36,678 bases of DNA from the NCBI GenBank assembly GCA_000708835.1, contig DF237109.1, positions 129,990 through 166,667 on the forward strand. Direction: 5' to 3'. Numbering within the stretch: the first letter of the stretch is position 1; each line of letters opens with the position of its first letter. Below the pieces are notes generated by a model. The model searched no databases and was not told the origin of the DNA. It saw nothing but the letters and a program-made list of their open reading frames with translations. Position numbers and translations under genes: made by a program. Shown one piece after another: positions 24,491 to 36,155 of this stretch. Origin of the DNA: Klebsormidium nitens (Eukaryota > Plantae > Klebsormidiophyceae).

Positions 24491-26252
24491 GCCACCGTCA
24501 AATACTCTGTCGGACTCTGGAACTTTGAGATGGAAGCCGATCTACATACGCGCGCTAGAAGGCGTGCTGTGACAAGTAGGACTTTGCGGAGACTCTCGCC
24601 TGAGATGGAGTTGTGTGACTGGTGCTTGAACTGCATAAGTCAAGCTTTGCAGCCAGCCTGTTCGGATGAAACGGCTTTTTGCCTTGCTGTTGCAGGGAGG
24701 ACCCCGCTGCTAGTCAAGATATGAAGCGAAGAAAAAGCGAACCGGCCGGTAGCGCCGCACCTCCGGGTACCTGATAAGACCACCGATCAAGACCGGACAC
24801 CCAAGGTGGCCTCAGCCATTGCACCTTCAAAACCTACGATCTCGACGTTTCCTGGTGCAGCGCTGCGCTTAGCAAAGCATCACCTCTCGAATTCGCAGCT
24901 GTCATTCCTGAGCTGAACAACTCAGTAATCACAAAAGATGGTTGTGGCAAGGCCGTTGTGACCTACTAAGAAAAATCATTGGTTCTACATTGCTATGTAA
25001 TGTTCAGCACTTCGACTGTCAACAGCGATGGAATCCGGATTGTATATTCGGATTTATAAATGATTAGCGTACGCGCGATCATGTTTTCGACGCATGCATG
25101 CATTATATATGGAGCTTTTCCCACCGGCCATGCTGGCGCGGCCGACGCCGGTATACAGACGTATGCAGTACAGGGTAGACGTACAGTGGACGCATCACAT
25201 GTCACTGCGCTAGACCCGGCCGCTGGCCCACAATTGTACGTTGCAGCGCGCGCCCGCTGTATACTAATGGTCTGCATGCAATCTGAAACGTTGTACTGAT
25301 ATATCGCGATCTCGATCATGAACTCAGTAAGTTGGATTTATAGGTGCCTTATATAATGCCGTCTATTGACAGTGTATTATTAGCGCCGGGATTAGCAGTA
25401 TTGTCATCACGATCTCTAAGAATTGATTACTCGATCGCGGGTATACCGGTATATGAATGAAAAAATAAACGATCGAACAAACAATATGCGCTCAAAATAA
25501 GTAGGCAAGGCAAACACATGCGGCACCATTCGTGCGCAAACCGTATGTTGAACATACTCGTAAATGGCACTCGCACATTGCATGTACAATAAAGCCGCAA
25601 GAGCCGACCAGTGCCAAATCAAATCATGAATGACTGATCATGCTCGAGTACGTCTCGCCTGCTCAATCTCATGCACGTAGTATTGAACGTATCCGCGTGT
25701 AATTCTGGTTAACTTGATCAAACGCGTCTGGGGACCCTTTTCATAAGCGCGTCCAACCCGGTTATAGAGTCTTTGGGAGGTTCGCTATTAGTTTACCATA
25801 TTGGGGCTTGCTTGGACGCTTGTTTCGAGATTTCTTGCTTTCAGGGGCTCCATTAGCCGGCCTGCAGAGACGTCCCTTGAAATTAGAGTAAGCCTTACGG
25901 ATCGGTTTATTTCACTTGAGCAAAGACGTTTTGAGGAGCAGCCAACAGGCAGGCTGCCAATAAGGTCGCTGAAAAGCAGTCCATATAGACAACGTGAGAG
26001 GAACGCTCCATTGTGAAAATGCACGGCAATCGCCAGAACAACGACCTATACTTAGACCCCATTTCTCGTAGGTCTTTCAGAGAGAATAGGTTGAGCATTT
26101 TAAGCTCATTCCTTACGGGTCTACGCTGCAACTCGACCACACTTGCAGCCTAAAGGTGATTGAATCCTGGTGCGTTTGCAGTGGATGGATAAGGAAGTCG
26201 GCAGACGGACTGGGATAAGCTGACCGTATTGATAGCAAAGGATGCCTGCTCC

Positions 26253-29200
26253 TCACCTGCTTTGCGATCCCTCTCTTTGCCGACTCTCGCCTTCCGGCTT
26301 CCCGCCTCTCGCCTGCCCGCTCCGCGGCCCCCTCCCCGGCCTGCCGCTCCCCGCCTTCTTCGCCGGCGCGGCTTGCTCCTCCTCGTCGTCGTCGTCGAAC
26401 ATGCCCGGGTTGGCCAGCAGCGCGCTCACCAGCTCCAGCACCTCGGGGGACGGCTCCGGCACGGCCTTGCCCGCCGCCTTCAGCCTTGCGATGCCCGCCG
26501 CCAGCTCGCGCTTCTCCGCGGCCAGCAGCTCGCGGTAGTCCAGCTTGCCCACCGGAACCTTCACGCTCGCACTCGGCCCCGCGCCGCCCTCCCTGTCCCC
26601 GCCACTTGACCGCGCGCTTCTCGCCCCTTCCGCTTCTTCCTCCCCTTCGTCATCGCTCTCGTCGAGGACCCATTCCTCCTCCTCAAATTCGTCGTCCAAC
26701 TCGAACGCCCCCTCTTCCTCGTCCGACATGTCTGATCGGCTCGTGTCTCGCTCGGCCTGCGCCCCGGCCCCCCCCCTCCCTTGCACCAGCTCCTGCACGT
26801 TCTGCGGCTCCCGCTGCAGCTTCTTCAGCCGCTTGTGCTTTGCCTTGTCGAAGCCGCCCCCGCGCACCATCGTCCGGTTGGCACTGTCCCACGTGACGGT
26901 GACGTCGTCCTGGCTGGGCCGCTCCGCGCCCTGGAAGCCGGGCAGCTGGCCGAAGTGCCACGCGACCAGCTTCTCCTCAAACGCGCGCTTCTGCGCGAGC
27001 GCCGACTCTGTCACCAGCTCCACCTCTACCGCTGCTCCTCCCGTCACCTCTGCGATGCGGGCAGCCACCTCCTCCTGCGCACAAGGTGCGGCCACGGGGT
27101 CAACTGCACTGTCTGCGAGCTAACATGTATGACGCTCTCCGTCGTGCTGCTGACAATCTTCCCAACAGGAAAGGGAACTGGTACTCTGGTAGGATCCCTG
27201 AGGTGGCCATGCGCTGGCAGCGTCCGCCTCACTACCGTAGAGTGCTCAAATCCAAACCAATAACATCTTCATTTGGGCCGATTTCCGATCAATGCGTGCC
27301 AAGCAGGGATCCAGTGCCATGTCATACCGGCACGGGCAGCTGTCCGTCTTTCGCGGCCCGCGGGTCGACCCGGCCCACCTCCTGGCCGCGCACGATGAGC
27401 GTGCCGTCGTCCAGCAGCTTGGTCACGCGCGCTGACCGCGGCGCTGCACACGAACAGCCACACACGCGCATCACATTGGAGGCCGCAGGCGCAAGCCCAG
27501 GCGCACACCCGTCCTGGTGCTCTGTTACCAGAGGGCTAATCTAATCCAGAAAGGCAGGTCTTCGATGCGTACTGAAAAATCATCGACTCCCGAGACAACA
27601 ACTGACTTCAGGCCGTCGAACAGACCAGGCAAGGGGGCTCCATGGCTTCCAGAGAGCACACCCACCGAGTTCCTCCCCCGGGGCGCAGTCCGATATTTCC
27701 ACCTCCGCTGCCCCGTCTTCCTCGTCCTCCTCCCAGTCCCCGTCCTCGTCCTCCTCGCCCCACTCGGCCCCCGCCTCCTCGTCCCACTCACCTGCAAGGC
27801 ACGACGGCAGGCAGCCCGGTGAGCAAGCACGGAGCCGCAGCAAGACCTTGCTCTCGAAGCAGGACAAGCGACCTTTCCATGCCTCTCCTTGCGCTTCGGC
27901 CCAGAATGAAGGTCCGCCGCTGACCGAACGACCTCGCCTCCACACAGTCAGAGTTGGCAGGTCTTGGCGGCATCCGGCTGGCACGGCCGCTGGCAGACTT
28001 GGAAGCGCCTCAAGAGCAGAATTCCAAGGGCAGGGATCGTTGCGATGCGCTCACCTTCCTCTTCATCACCATCATCGTCCAGTGCCGCGTCGGCGAGGTC
28101 CTCGTCGTCGAACAGGTCATCGATGTTCTCGCCCTCGCCCTTCTCCGCGTCCTTGTCCGCCGCCGCGGCCAGCTGCACCGCGCGCGCCAGCGTCGGCCCC
28201 GCCCTCGCCCCGCCCGCCTCTGCCACATTCCCACTCAAGGCCGCCGAGCGCCCGTCCTCGCCGTCCTTGCTGGCCGGGAGCGCCTTCCCTGCTGCCTGCG
28301 TCCCCAGCAGCGCACGTGTGCCGCCCGTCTCCTCTCGACCGCCGCTGCTTCCGTAGCTGCGCCGCCCCCGCCTCCTGCCCGTCCCGCACCAGCTGGTCAA
28401 CGCGTCTGCTTTCCGAGTTTGTCGCGGGAGAGCGGTCTGGTGCCGCCTGGGCGGGGGGGGCCTCCTTTGGGGATTTCACCGTGGCTGCCTGCAGCTCGGC
28501 CTCGTCATGCGGGGGGCTGCCCTCGAGCAGCGCGTGCCGGCCGGCCTCCTCCTCCAGAGTGCGCTGCTGCTGCAGCTGCTCCGCACCTGCGGACGACACC
28601 AAGGACGACCATCACTACCGCACCCAACTTGGAGGCCTTGAACAAGAGACACGGGCTCGAGCACGGTCTTTGCGCATGTCGAGGCTGACCCGGAGCAAGT
28701 CCAGCATGCATGGCTTTGACAAGAGCGACAGAAGCGGAGCTCTTTTGTCTGTAACACCAGTAGTTAAAGCACCCGGCTTTCTGTTGCAACAACACAAACA
28801 AACTGCTGGCATAGATGAAACAAGCGGAATGGTGACTGAAATGCCAGAGTGCCCGAGAGTCTTTGCAGTGCCGGTTCGAAGCACACGCAGGACAAACAAA
28901 CTTTCACAACCGCTTCTCCGGAGCAGTTTGACAAGACAGGCGGAACTTGAGCAAACCCTTTTTTCACACGACATAACAAGAAAGTGATATCCTGAAGACT
29001 GAATGGGACTAGCACGGAGCATTCGTAAATCACAAACCACCTTGACGCAAATGCAATTGGACTGCTTACTTAGATTGGAGGTTTATCCTGGCACTTGACT
29101 TTCAGTGTCCTGTTGCTGTCTAAGTAACGGCAGGAGAGATTAAGCCCACAAGCCCCCACTTGACTGTCTACTTCGAACAGCAGGAATAACAACTCGACTA

Positions 29201-31170
29201 CGTTCCTGCCTCTTCCTCCTAATAGCTGCCATGTCAAGGGCAGAGTGTCTCTCACCTTTCTTGCGGCCCTCCTCAATCAGCTCGTCCACATCGTCTTCCT
29301 CGTCCTCGTCGCTGTCCTCGTCATTCACAGCGGAGGCCTCCACCAGGAGCAGCTGCTGCCGCTTGTCGGCCAGCTTGGCGGTGATGCGCCGCTCGATCTT
29401 GCCAAACTGGATCGCACGTCCCTGGAACGACGTGCAGAAGCTGCACCCAAGGTTGCAAAGAGTATCTCGATGTGGCCCACACAATATTGACAAGCACAGT
29501 TAGCCTGACACTTGGACGCCCATCAGACCCGGTGAGAACAGTGCTTTACTTCATCTGAAAAAGCCAAAGCTTCAGCCACCTCCATCACCTACACGAGAGC
29601 CGGCTGCGTTTGCCCCACTCACCCCGCTGCGTACTGCTGGTCTTCAAAGATGAGGGTGGCGGAGCCTTTGCAGGTGCAATCGCGCGTGTCACGGTCCCCC
29701 TCCTCTGCGGGTCGGATGACGAGCAGCCCCGGGACGGCCGCCAGGGCCTTGCGCAGGTCGCGCCCCACCTTCTTCTTGCGCGGCAGGTTGCCCACCGCCA
29801 CCTTCACCCCCGCCGGCGTGTTGGGGGGGTACTTGTCCTCCGGCGTGCCACGCAGCAGCCACGGGAAGGGCCCCGAGTGCGCCGCAGGGGGGGCTGTACA
29901 GCCACACACACGGGCAGTCAATGTACCCCGCGCAGCATGGCAGCCCAGCGCATCAGACCCGCCCTGAGGGTGCGACCACCTCAGTGGCCACACTCGCCTT
30001 TGCTGCGCAAGGCTATACCACCACGCCAGTGTGCAGACTCTTTGATGCGCGCGATGGTGGAGGTGGTACAAGATGCAAAAGTGCGTCCGCCAGCCGGGCA
30101 GTAAAGACATTGCATGTGCGTGGGCTGTTTCTGATGTTTTCATATTAGGGAGGGGGAAGAGCAACTGTTGATAACTTGCAATGCCGGTCTTTCACAGCAG
30201 AATTGTAGCAGGATAAGTTCACAGCTGGACAGCAACACAGGTGTGTACTTGCTGCACAACTAAACACCTCAACAAGATGACAAGCCGGAGTAGTAGTTGT
30301 GAACCATTCAAGCGAATTCCTTCACCCAAGCTGGTAATGGTGGATCATCGGAGAACAGCACACAAGCCAGATTACGCGGGAGTGCTCCATGAGAACAAGC
30401 GGCAGTCGCCTGGGGCACTCACGGAGTGGTGGCCTCTTCTTCCTTCCGCTGCCTGGCTCACTCCGCGCCACTGCTGGCGCGTCACCCGCCTGCCGTGGTT
30501 TCTTCAGGCCTGCTCTGCCGGCCTCCAAATCCCGCATCAGCGCATCCTCCACGCTGGTGTCATACACCGTGCCCTGCCCAAACCCGCGGGGTGCGGGCCT
30601 GCGCTCCAGGTCTTGCGCCAGCAAGAAGCTGCCGTCCTCCAGCATGTCATCGTCGGGGACATCCCCGCCCAGGTTAAGGTCCGCAAAGCGCTCTTTCAAT
30701 GCCCTGAGCTGGGGACCACCAGGTGACCGCACCAGCCGCAGCCCATGCTCAGAAATGGAAAGAAACGGCGCTCGAGAGAGTGGTGCACTGGAGACAAGCC
30801 TCGTGCCACATGGCTGCCCAAAAAACTTGTCAATTGCATAAGTCGCCGGTAGGGACGTCAAGGGAAGAGCAGGGTGGGGCACGGATGTGCGACCTGCATT
30901 GGATGGACAGGGAGTCAGACATGTACGATAGTTCCAGTTGAAGTGCCAATGTGAGCTGGACTTACCAACACGTAAGCAACCAAGAATGCTGTGTCATTGC
31001 GAAGGTCCTCAAGGGTCTTGCCTTGCATATCCAAAACAAAGGGCCGGGGCCGACCAGGCACAAATCATTCAGTTGTGTCTCTCTGACAAGGTCGAGCGCT
31101 CACCACCACCATTGAAGCACCCTCCTCCACAGCTCGTCACAGATGCAGCTGGGGCGAAGGCAACCGCCAT
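26253..31170 (-). CDS. RBD1: Probable plastid-targeted RRM RNA-binding protein resembling Arabidopsis RBD1, with long acidic low-complexity C-terminal half
   Basis: First exons 31170-31104, 30893-30423, 29893-29623, 29440-29202, then 28586 onward; last exon ends at 26253. N-terminus MAVAFAPAASVTSC is transit-peptide-like. The atypical RRM VAVGNLPRKKKVGRDLRKALAAVPGLLVIRPAEEGDRDTRDCTCKGSATLIF...FQGRAIQFGKIERRI matches my recollection of the RBD1 (At1g70200) family. Central exon structure near 28290-28390 is ambiguous; orthology is unverified. Confidence 0.62.
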
Positions 31171-31294
31171 CTCCTTGCACGCCGTCAGGCCAGAGAAACT
31201 CGGAAGAAGCAAAGACCTAAGTGACAGAAACAGCAGAAACCTGAGAAAGTCGGAGCTTTTCAGCAACAATTTAACCTGAAGGAGAGAGTCGAAC

Positions 31295-31300
31295 AAAAAA
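31295..31300 (-). terminator. RNA polymerase III terminator (T6) of tRNA-Glu
   Basis: A6 on the plus strand (T6 on minus) directly abuts the tRNA discriminator base. Confidence 0.8.
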
Positions 31301-31373
31301 TTCCGTTGCCGGGATTTGAACCCGGGTCGCGCGGGTGAGAGCCGCGTATCCTAACCGACTAGACTACAACGGA
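31301..31373 (-). tRNA. tRNA-Glu (anticodon CTC), intronless
   Basis: Minus strand reads TCCGTTG TA GTCTAGTCGGTTAGGAT A CGCGG CT CTC AC CCGCG CGAC CCGGG TTCAAAT CCCGG CAACGGA A. It has a perfect 7-bp acceptor stem, 5-bp anticodon and T stems, a GTTCAAAT T-loop and a CTC anticodon at 31337-31339. Confidence 0.97.
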
Positions 31374-31912
31374 TGAGATGGTTAGCTACGTTCAGTTCTT
31401 ATAGTATATAAACAATTTTTAATCCTTGTGCCTCCACCATTACCGCGGGTGAGTCCGGCCGGGCCAGACTCGAAGATCGCTGGCTCCGCAAGGCCTTCTC
31501 CGTTTAACGGTTACCGTATCATCCGACCGATCGGCCTTGACATCAGCTTTCATTGAAAGTTACAAGTTTGAAATCCAATGCATTGCAATTTGCAGGCGGT
31601 TGCAGAGCATGGTGTCTTCCTTTTCTCCAGACGATCCTTCCGTAGCTGTGCTGATCAAAAGTAGGTATTATAGTTAATGATGAGAAATGTCTTTAAGAAA
31701 CGGTGTTATATTTTGAAAGATGTTGGAGAAGTCGGGCTTGACCTGCTGGTGGATGGCCCGCTATTCGTTGATAGTTTGATGGGAGTGGTGACAATGAGCA
31801 TTGAGCTGTTGTAAAGATCCTGGGATCGGAGGGAGCACACCTTCGAGTGTGCGGGCGTCCACGCGGATTCCCTTTGAGTCAATTGACATCTCTACTACTT
31901 AGTGCGACTGCA

Positions 31913-34900
31913 ATGACTTCGCTCTTTGGGAACCTTTTTGGAGGGCCAGAACACAGCAAGGGGCTTTTCAGCTCGTCCAATGCATTTCGCAGGAGGGCGG
32001 ACGAGCATGGGAGTGCGCAAAGCGGAGATAGCGATGGAGTGCTTCCGCGAATGGCCCCGACTGAGGGTGGTGCTGGTGGGAAGGGGGAGGAGGAGCACCC
32101 AAAGAAAATGAAGAGGCAAGATGCAATGCAAAATAAGATGCAAAAAGTTCAACGCACAGAGTTTGATACAAGTAAGTCAGCTGCAGAGACTAAGTCAATG
32201 GAGCAGGTCGATGAGCAAGCGGACAGAAAGAAGAAGCGAGGTGCTGGCCGAGCTTCTGAGGCAGAGAAGGATGTAGTAGCTGCCACCCATGCTGGTCATC
32301 AAGCAGCTAAGAAGGCAAAGAGGGGCACCGAAAATGCATCTTTTCCAGGGGAACAAGGACCGCACCTGCACCAGGAGAAACAGCCTGATGCAGGGGTGGT
32401 GAGCCGAGCGGACAAGGGACAAGCGGAAGGAGAGCATCGGGCAAAGCAGGGGAAGGCGGAACGCCGTGCAGGGAAGCGACAGGGGCCCCTTCAAAGTGGC
32501 GCCACGTTGCTTGCAAGCCAGAGAGGGGGAGTGCTGAAGAGCGAACCGAAAGAGGCACAGCAAGTGGTGGCAGCAAACGGCAGCGAGCTGGGGCATGAGG
32601 AGGCGCTGGAGCGGTTGGCACTGCGACAGAGGGCGGAGCAGGTGCGGCGCAAGCGGGGCCGGGGGGACGAGGGGGAGGAGGCGCCCGCCAGGCACGCAGG
32701 GGAGCAGGAGGACGCACCGGACGCACCGGTGAGACACAGCAGAGCTTGCCCAGACTGCAACTTGTCTGCCCAATCCAGATCCAGTTGACAGATGCTGCTG
32801 AAGGTCTTGTGGAGAGTGCTTACATTAGACAGTGATAACTGAAGGCTGAGGCCAATGTTTCCATCACAGATGAACCGATGAATCCGCGTCTCACTTGGTC
32901 TGTTTTTTCTGCAGGTGACCAAGAAGAAGAAGGCCAGGCCGTCCGGCGACAGCGATGACGATGTGCGGGGCGAGGCAGCGGTGGAGAAGCGGCAGGCGGC
33001 CAAGCGGCGCAAGCGCAGCGAGAAGGACAAGCTGCCGCGCACGGTCTTTGTGGGCAACCTGCCGGCGTCGGTCAAGAAGAAGGAGCTCAAGAAGGAGTTT
33101 GCGCAGTATGGGCCGGTTGAGTCGGTGCGCCTGCGCTCGTTGGCGCTTCAGGAGGTGAGGCAGACAGGAAACAAAAACGCAGGGCCGCTGGGCTTTCTTC
33201 CAGGCCGGCGCCGATGCTCCTGCTCCATGTAATCCGAGAATTACATTGAAAGCCTGGATTGCATCAATGCTTAGTTGGAAAGAGGTGGCTTGAGTCACAT
33301 GACCAGGTGCCCCTTCAACTCGGCAACTCTATTCTCTGGCAATTGTCCAAGTGTGAGGAGATCAACTTGCTTGCCCACCTCTTGCACGTAATCGCATCCA
33401 GGAGTTGGGGACTGCATCGGGCAGTCTGTTGCAGACTATCCAACTCGAGGTCAGCTTGCTCCTTGGGCCACCAGTGCTGACACGCTGTGTGGTGTGCAGA
33501 GCAAGCTGCCCCGCAAGGCGGCCGTGCTGACGGGCCAGGTCAGCGACGTGAAGGACAGGTGAGAAGCGCGTCACGGGGAGGGGGCCGCTGGCCGTACGCC
33601 GCCAGCAAGAGGCCAGGAGCTTGGGCCTCTGGCCCACATAGCCTTTGTCGAAGGTCTGTGTAAGGCGTCTGTACTGACTTCAACGCCCAGCTTTGCAGTG
33701 TGAACGCCTACGTCGTCTTTGAGGATGAGGAGACCTCTCGGAAGGCACTGGCGCACAACATGAAGGAGGTGAGGCGTGGCGCACGGGTGCACTGGCGCAG
33801 GACGTGCAGGACGAGGTGGCTATCCTCATGCTTGCTATGGCTACTTCCCCGAGCTTGCCATTGAGCTGGTGGAACAGACCTTGAGTCGTTTGAAAAGACT
33901 CACAGCTGCTTCTCGTTGCGTAGCCTAGGCGAAGCCGTGCGCAGCTCCTGTGCTGCCCGCTCCACCTTGCTGTCTTATCTTGCTGCCCTCGTCCTGCAGT
34001 ACCTGGGCCGCCACCTGCGCGTGGACGTTGCTGCTCCAGTGCGCCGGGCGGAGGGCGCTGCCCCATCTGTGGAGTACGACCGCCTGCTGTCCGTGTTTGT
34101 GGGCAACCTGCCCTTTGATGTCAAGGTGACACACCCAGCTGCCCCGCCCGCATTGCTGTGGCCGCCGGCCAAACTCAGGCCATGGCGCACGCGTCTTTTG
34201 CCACAACTTGACACTGGCATATTTGTCTCGCCTGCCATCTGGGTGCCCTTTGACCATGACCGTGCCAGGCTGAAGGCCTGCATCTCCTTGATAGTGGGGA
34301 CTTCGATGGGTTTCTTCACTTTTAGAGCACATGCCCGCATACGACCACTGTACCGACCCCTTACTCGTGTGCTGCCCACCATGCGCCAGGACGAGGAGGT
34401 GATTGCGGCCTTCTCCGGGGCGGGCGCGCCGAGCGAGCTACAGGGCGCGCTGGAGGCGGTGCGCGTGGTGCGGGACAAGGCCACTGGGCTGGGCAAGGGG
34501 ATTGCCTACGTCATGTTCAAGTCCAGGGTCAGTTACCCGACTGCCAGCGCGCCTTCCTAGCGAGAGTGAAAACATATACTTGGTGAACAGGAGACGCGAT
34601 CTCGGGATGGACACACCAGTTGGTTTCTCGCGGAAAGTCATGAGAGCTACTAGGCAAAACACCCCGTGTTCAAAAAGGACGCGAGGAGTTGTGATGTTCA
34701 AAAAGAGATAAGTATTGTTCGTCAACGACGCCTTGGATTGCAGACTGCTTTGTTCTCCTTGCATTTAGGAGTATCAGCCGCAGGTGCTCAATCCCTGCGG
34801 CTCCTCTCCTGCAGGCTGCCTCGAAGGTGGCCATCGCCAGCAGCATCACAGTGCGCGACCGGCCGCTGCGGCTGACGCGACCGGGGGCCAAGCTCAAGGC

Positions 34901-35375
34901 GCGCACCAAGCTGACGACCAGCTCGGGGAAAGCACGATCGGCGAGCGCCAGGCCGCAGCCGCAGCGAGCGGCAGCACCGCAAGGAGGCACGCACCCCAAG
35001 GGGCGTGCGTCGTGGGAGGGGGCGTACGCGAAGAAGGCAGACGGGAAACCAGGGAAAGGGGGAGGCAGGGCGGAGGTGGCAGGGCCTCGAGGAAAAGGGA
35101 GTAAGCAAGCCGGGGCGACAAAAGGGAAGAAGACGCCGTCTGGTGCGGAGGGGCAGCCGGAGAACCGTAAACGGGCAGGAAAACGACCAGCTGTCGCAGC
35201 TAGGAAAGCGAAGGTATGGACGCCGACAAGTGCAGCATCTCCGAAGGGAGGCTCCGTCAAAGTAAGGGAAAAGCGGAGGCTCCCACAAGGAAAAGATGGC
35301 CCATCAAAGAAAGCGGATAGGAAAAAGGCGTCCAAGGGAACAGCTTCTTTCCAAGTTAAAGGCCGGAAGCAATAG
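31913..35375 (+). CDS. NOP12: Nucleolar two-RRM protein NOP12/RBM34 (7 exons, 669 aa)
   Basis: Exons 31913-32728, 32915-33154, 33500-33558, 33699-33768, 34000-34125, 34390-34527, 34815-35375; 2010 nt in frame. MTSLFGNLFG start; RRM1 KLPRTVFVGNLP...YGPVESVRLRS, KLPRKAAVL, NAYVVF, HLRVD; RRM2 SVFVGNLPFDV, VRVVRDKATGLGKGIAYVMF; Lys/Arg-rich tail. Confidence 0.9.
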
Positions 35376-36135
35376 CATCGCTGCACCCTCATCCACAGTT
35401 CCGATCGTGGATGCGCAACAACCCCACATCATCCACATGGGTATAATGGGCAAAGGGGAATCTTTAAGCGAATTTCAGATGAGTATCGCTCCTAAAGCCC
35501 ATGCATTCGAGTAATGTGGACCCGTTGGCATGGTAGGTCTGTTATTATGGCAGTCACGTACGTGGAAGTGTACGTCCAACATGTCCCACTGGCAATTCTT
35601 CCAAAGTACTTGCATGCACAGTAGATGGGCCAATTGGAGTCGTCAACTGCTCTCCGACTGATACTCATTACATTTGCAGAAGGTTCGAGTTGGAATCATT
35701 GATCGATAGCTACAAAATGTATTCAGAGTCATCGATGTTGCCGCGCAATAATATATATTTAATGAATGATCGATGCCAATCGACTGTATGATCCACCTGC
35801 GCAATTACGTACCATGCATCAAATGCATAGTGCATGCATATATATATGGCGGCCGACTCACTATATAGCTATCGATTAGGAGTACAAAATACACATGTAT
35901 CCTAATTGTATGTTATATATCGCAATAGGTATATCGCTCGCGAACATAGTACGTGACTGCAATGATATATGCTGTACGTGCTTGCAGCAAATTTACTTGA
36001 TTGCGCGCCGCTTATAATACGTAAACATAGCTTGCAAGCGCGCGCGCTAGCCTGCTAGGCTGAGCATGTACTGTCACAAGCTACTTAGTATATCCGACCA
36101 AAACATGCACATGCATTATATGTATACCGTATATA

Positions 36136-36155
36136 GATTTAGATTTAGATTTAGT
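36136..36155. repeat. Short (GATTTA)n microsatellite
   Basis: Sequence reads gatttagatttagatttag, three tandem hexamers. Confidence 0.55.
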
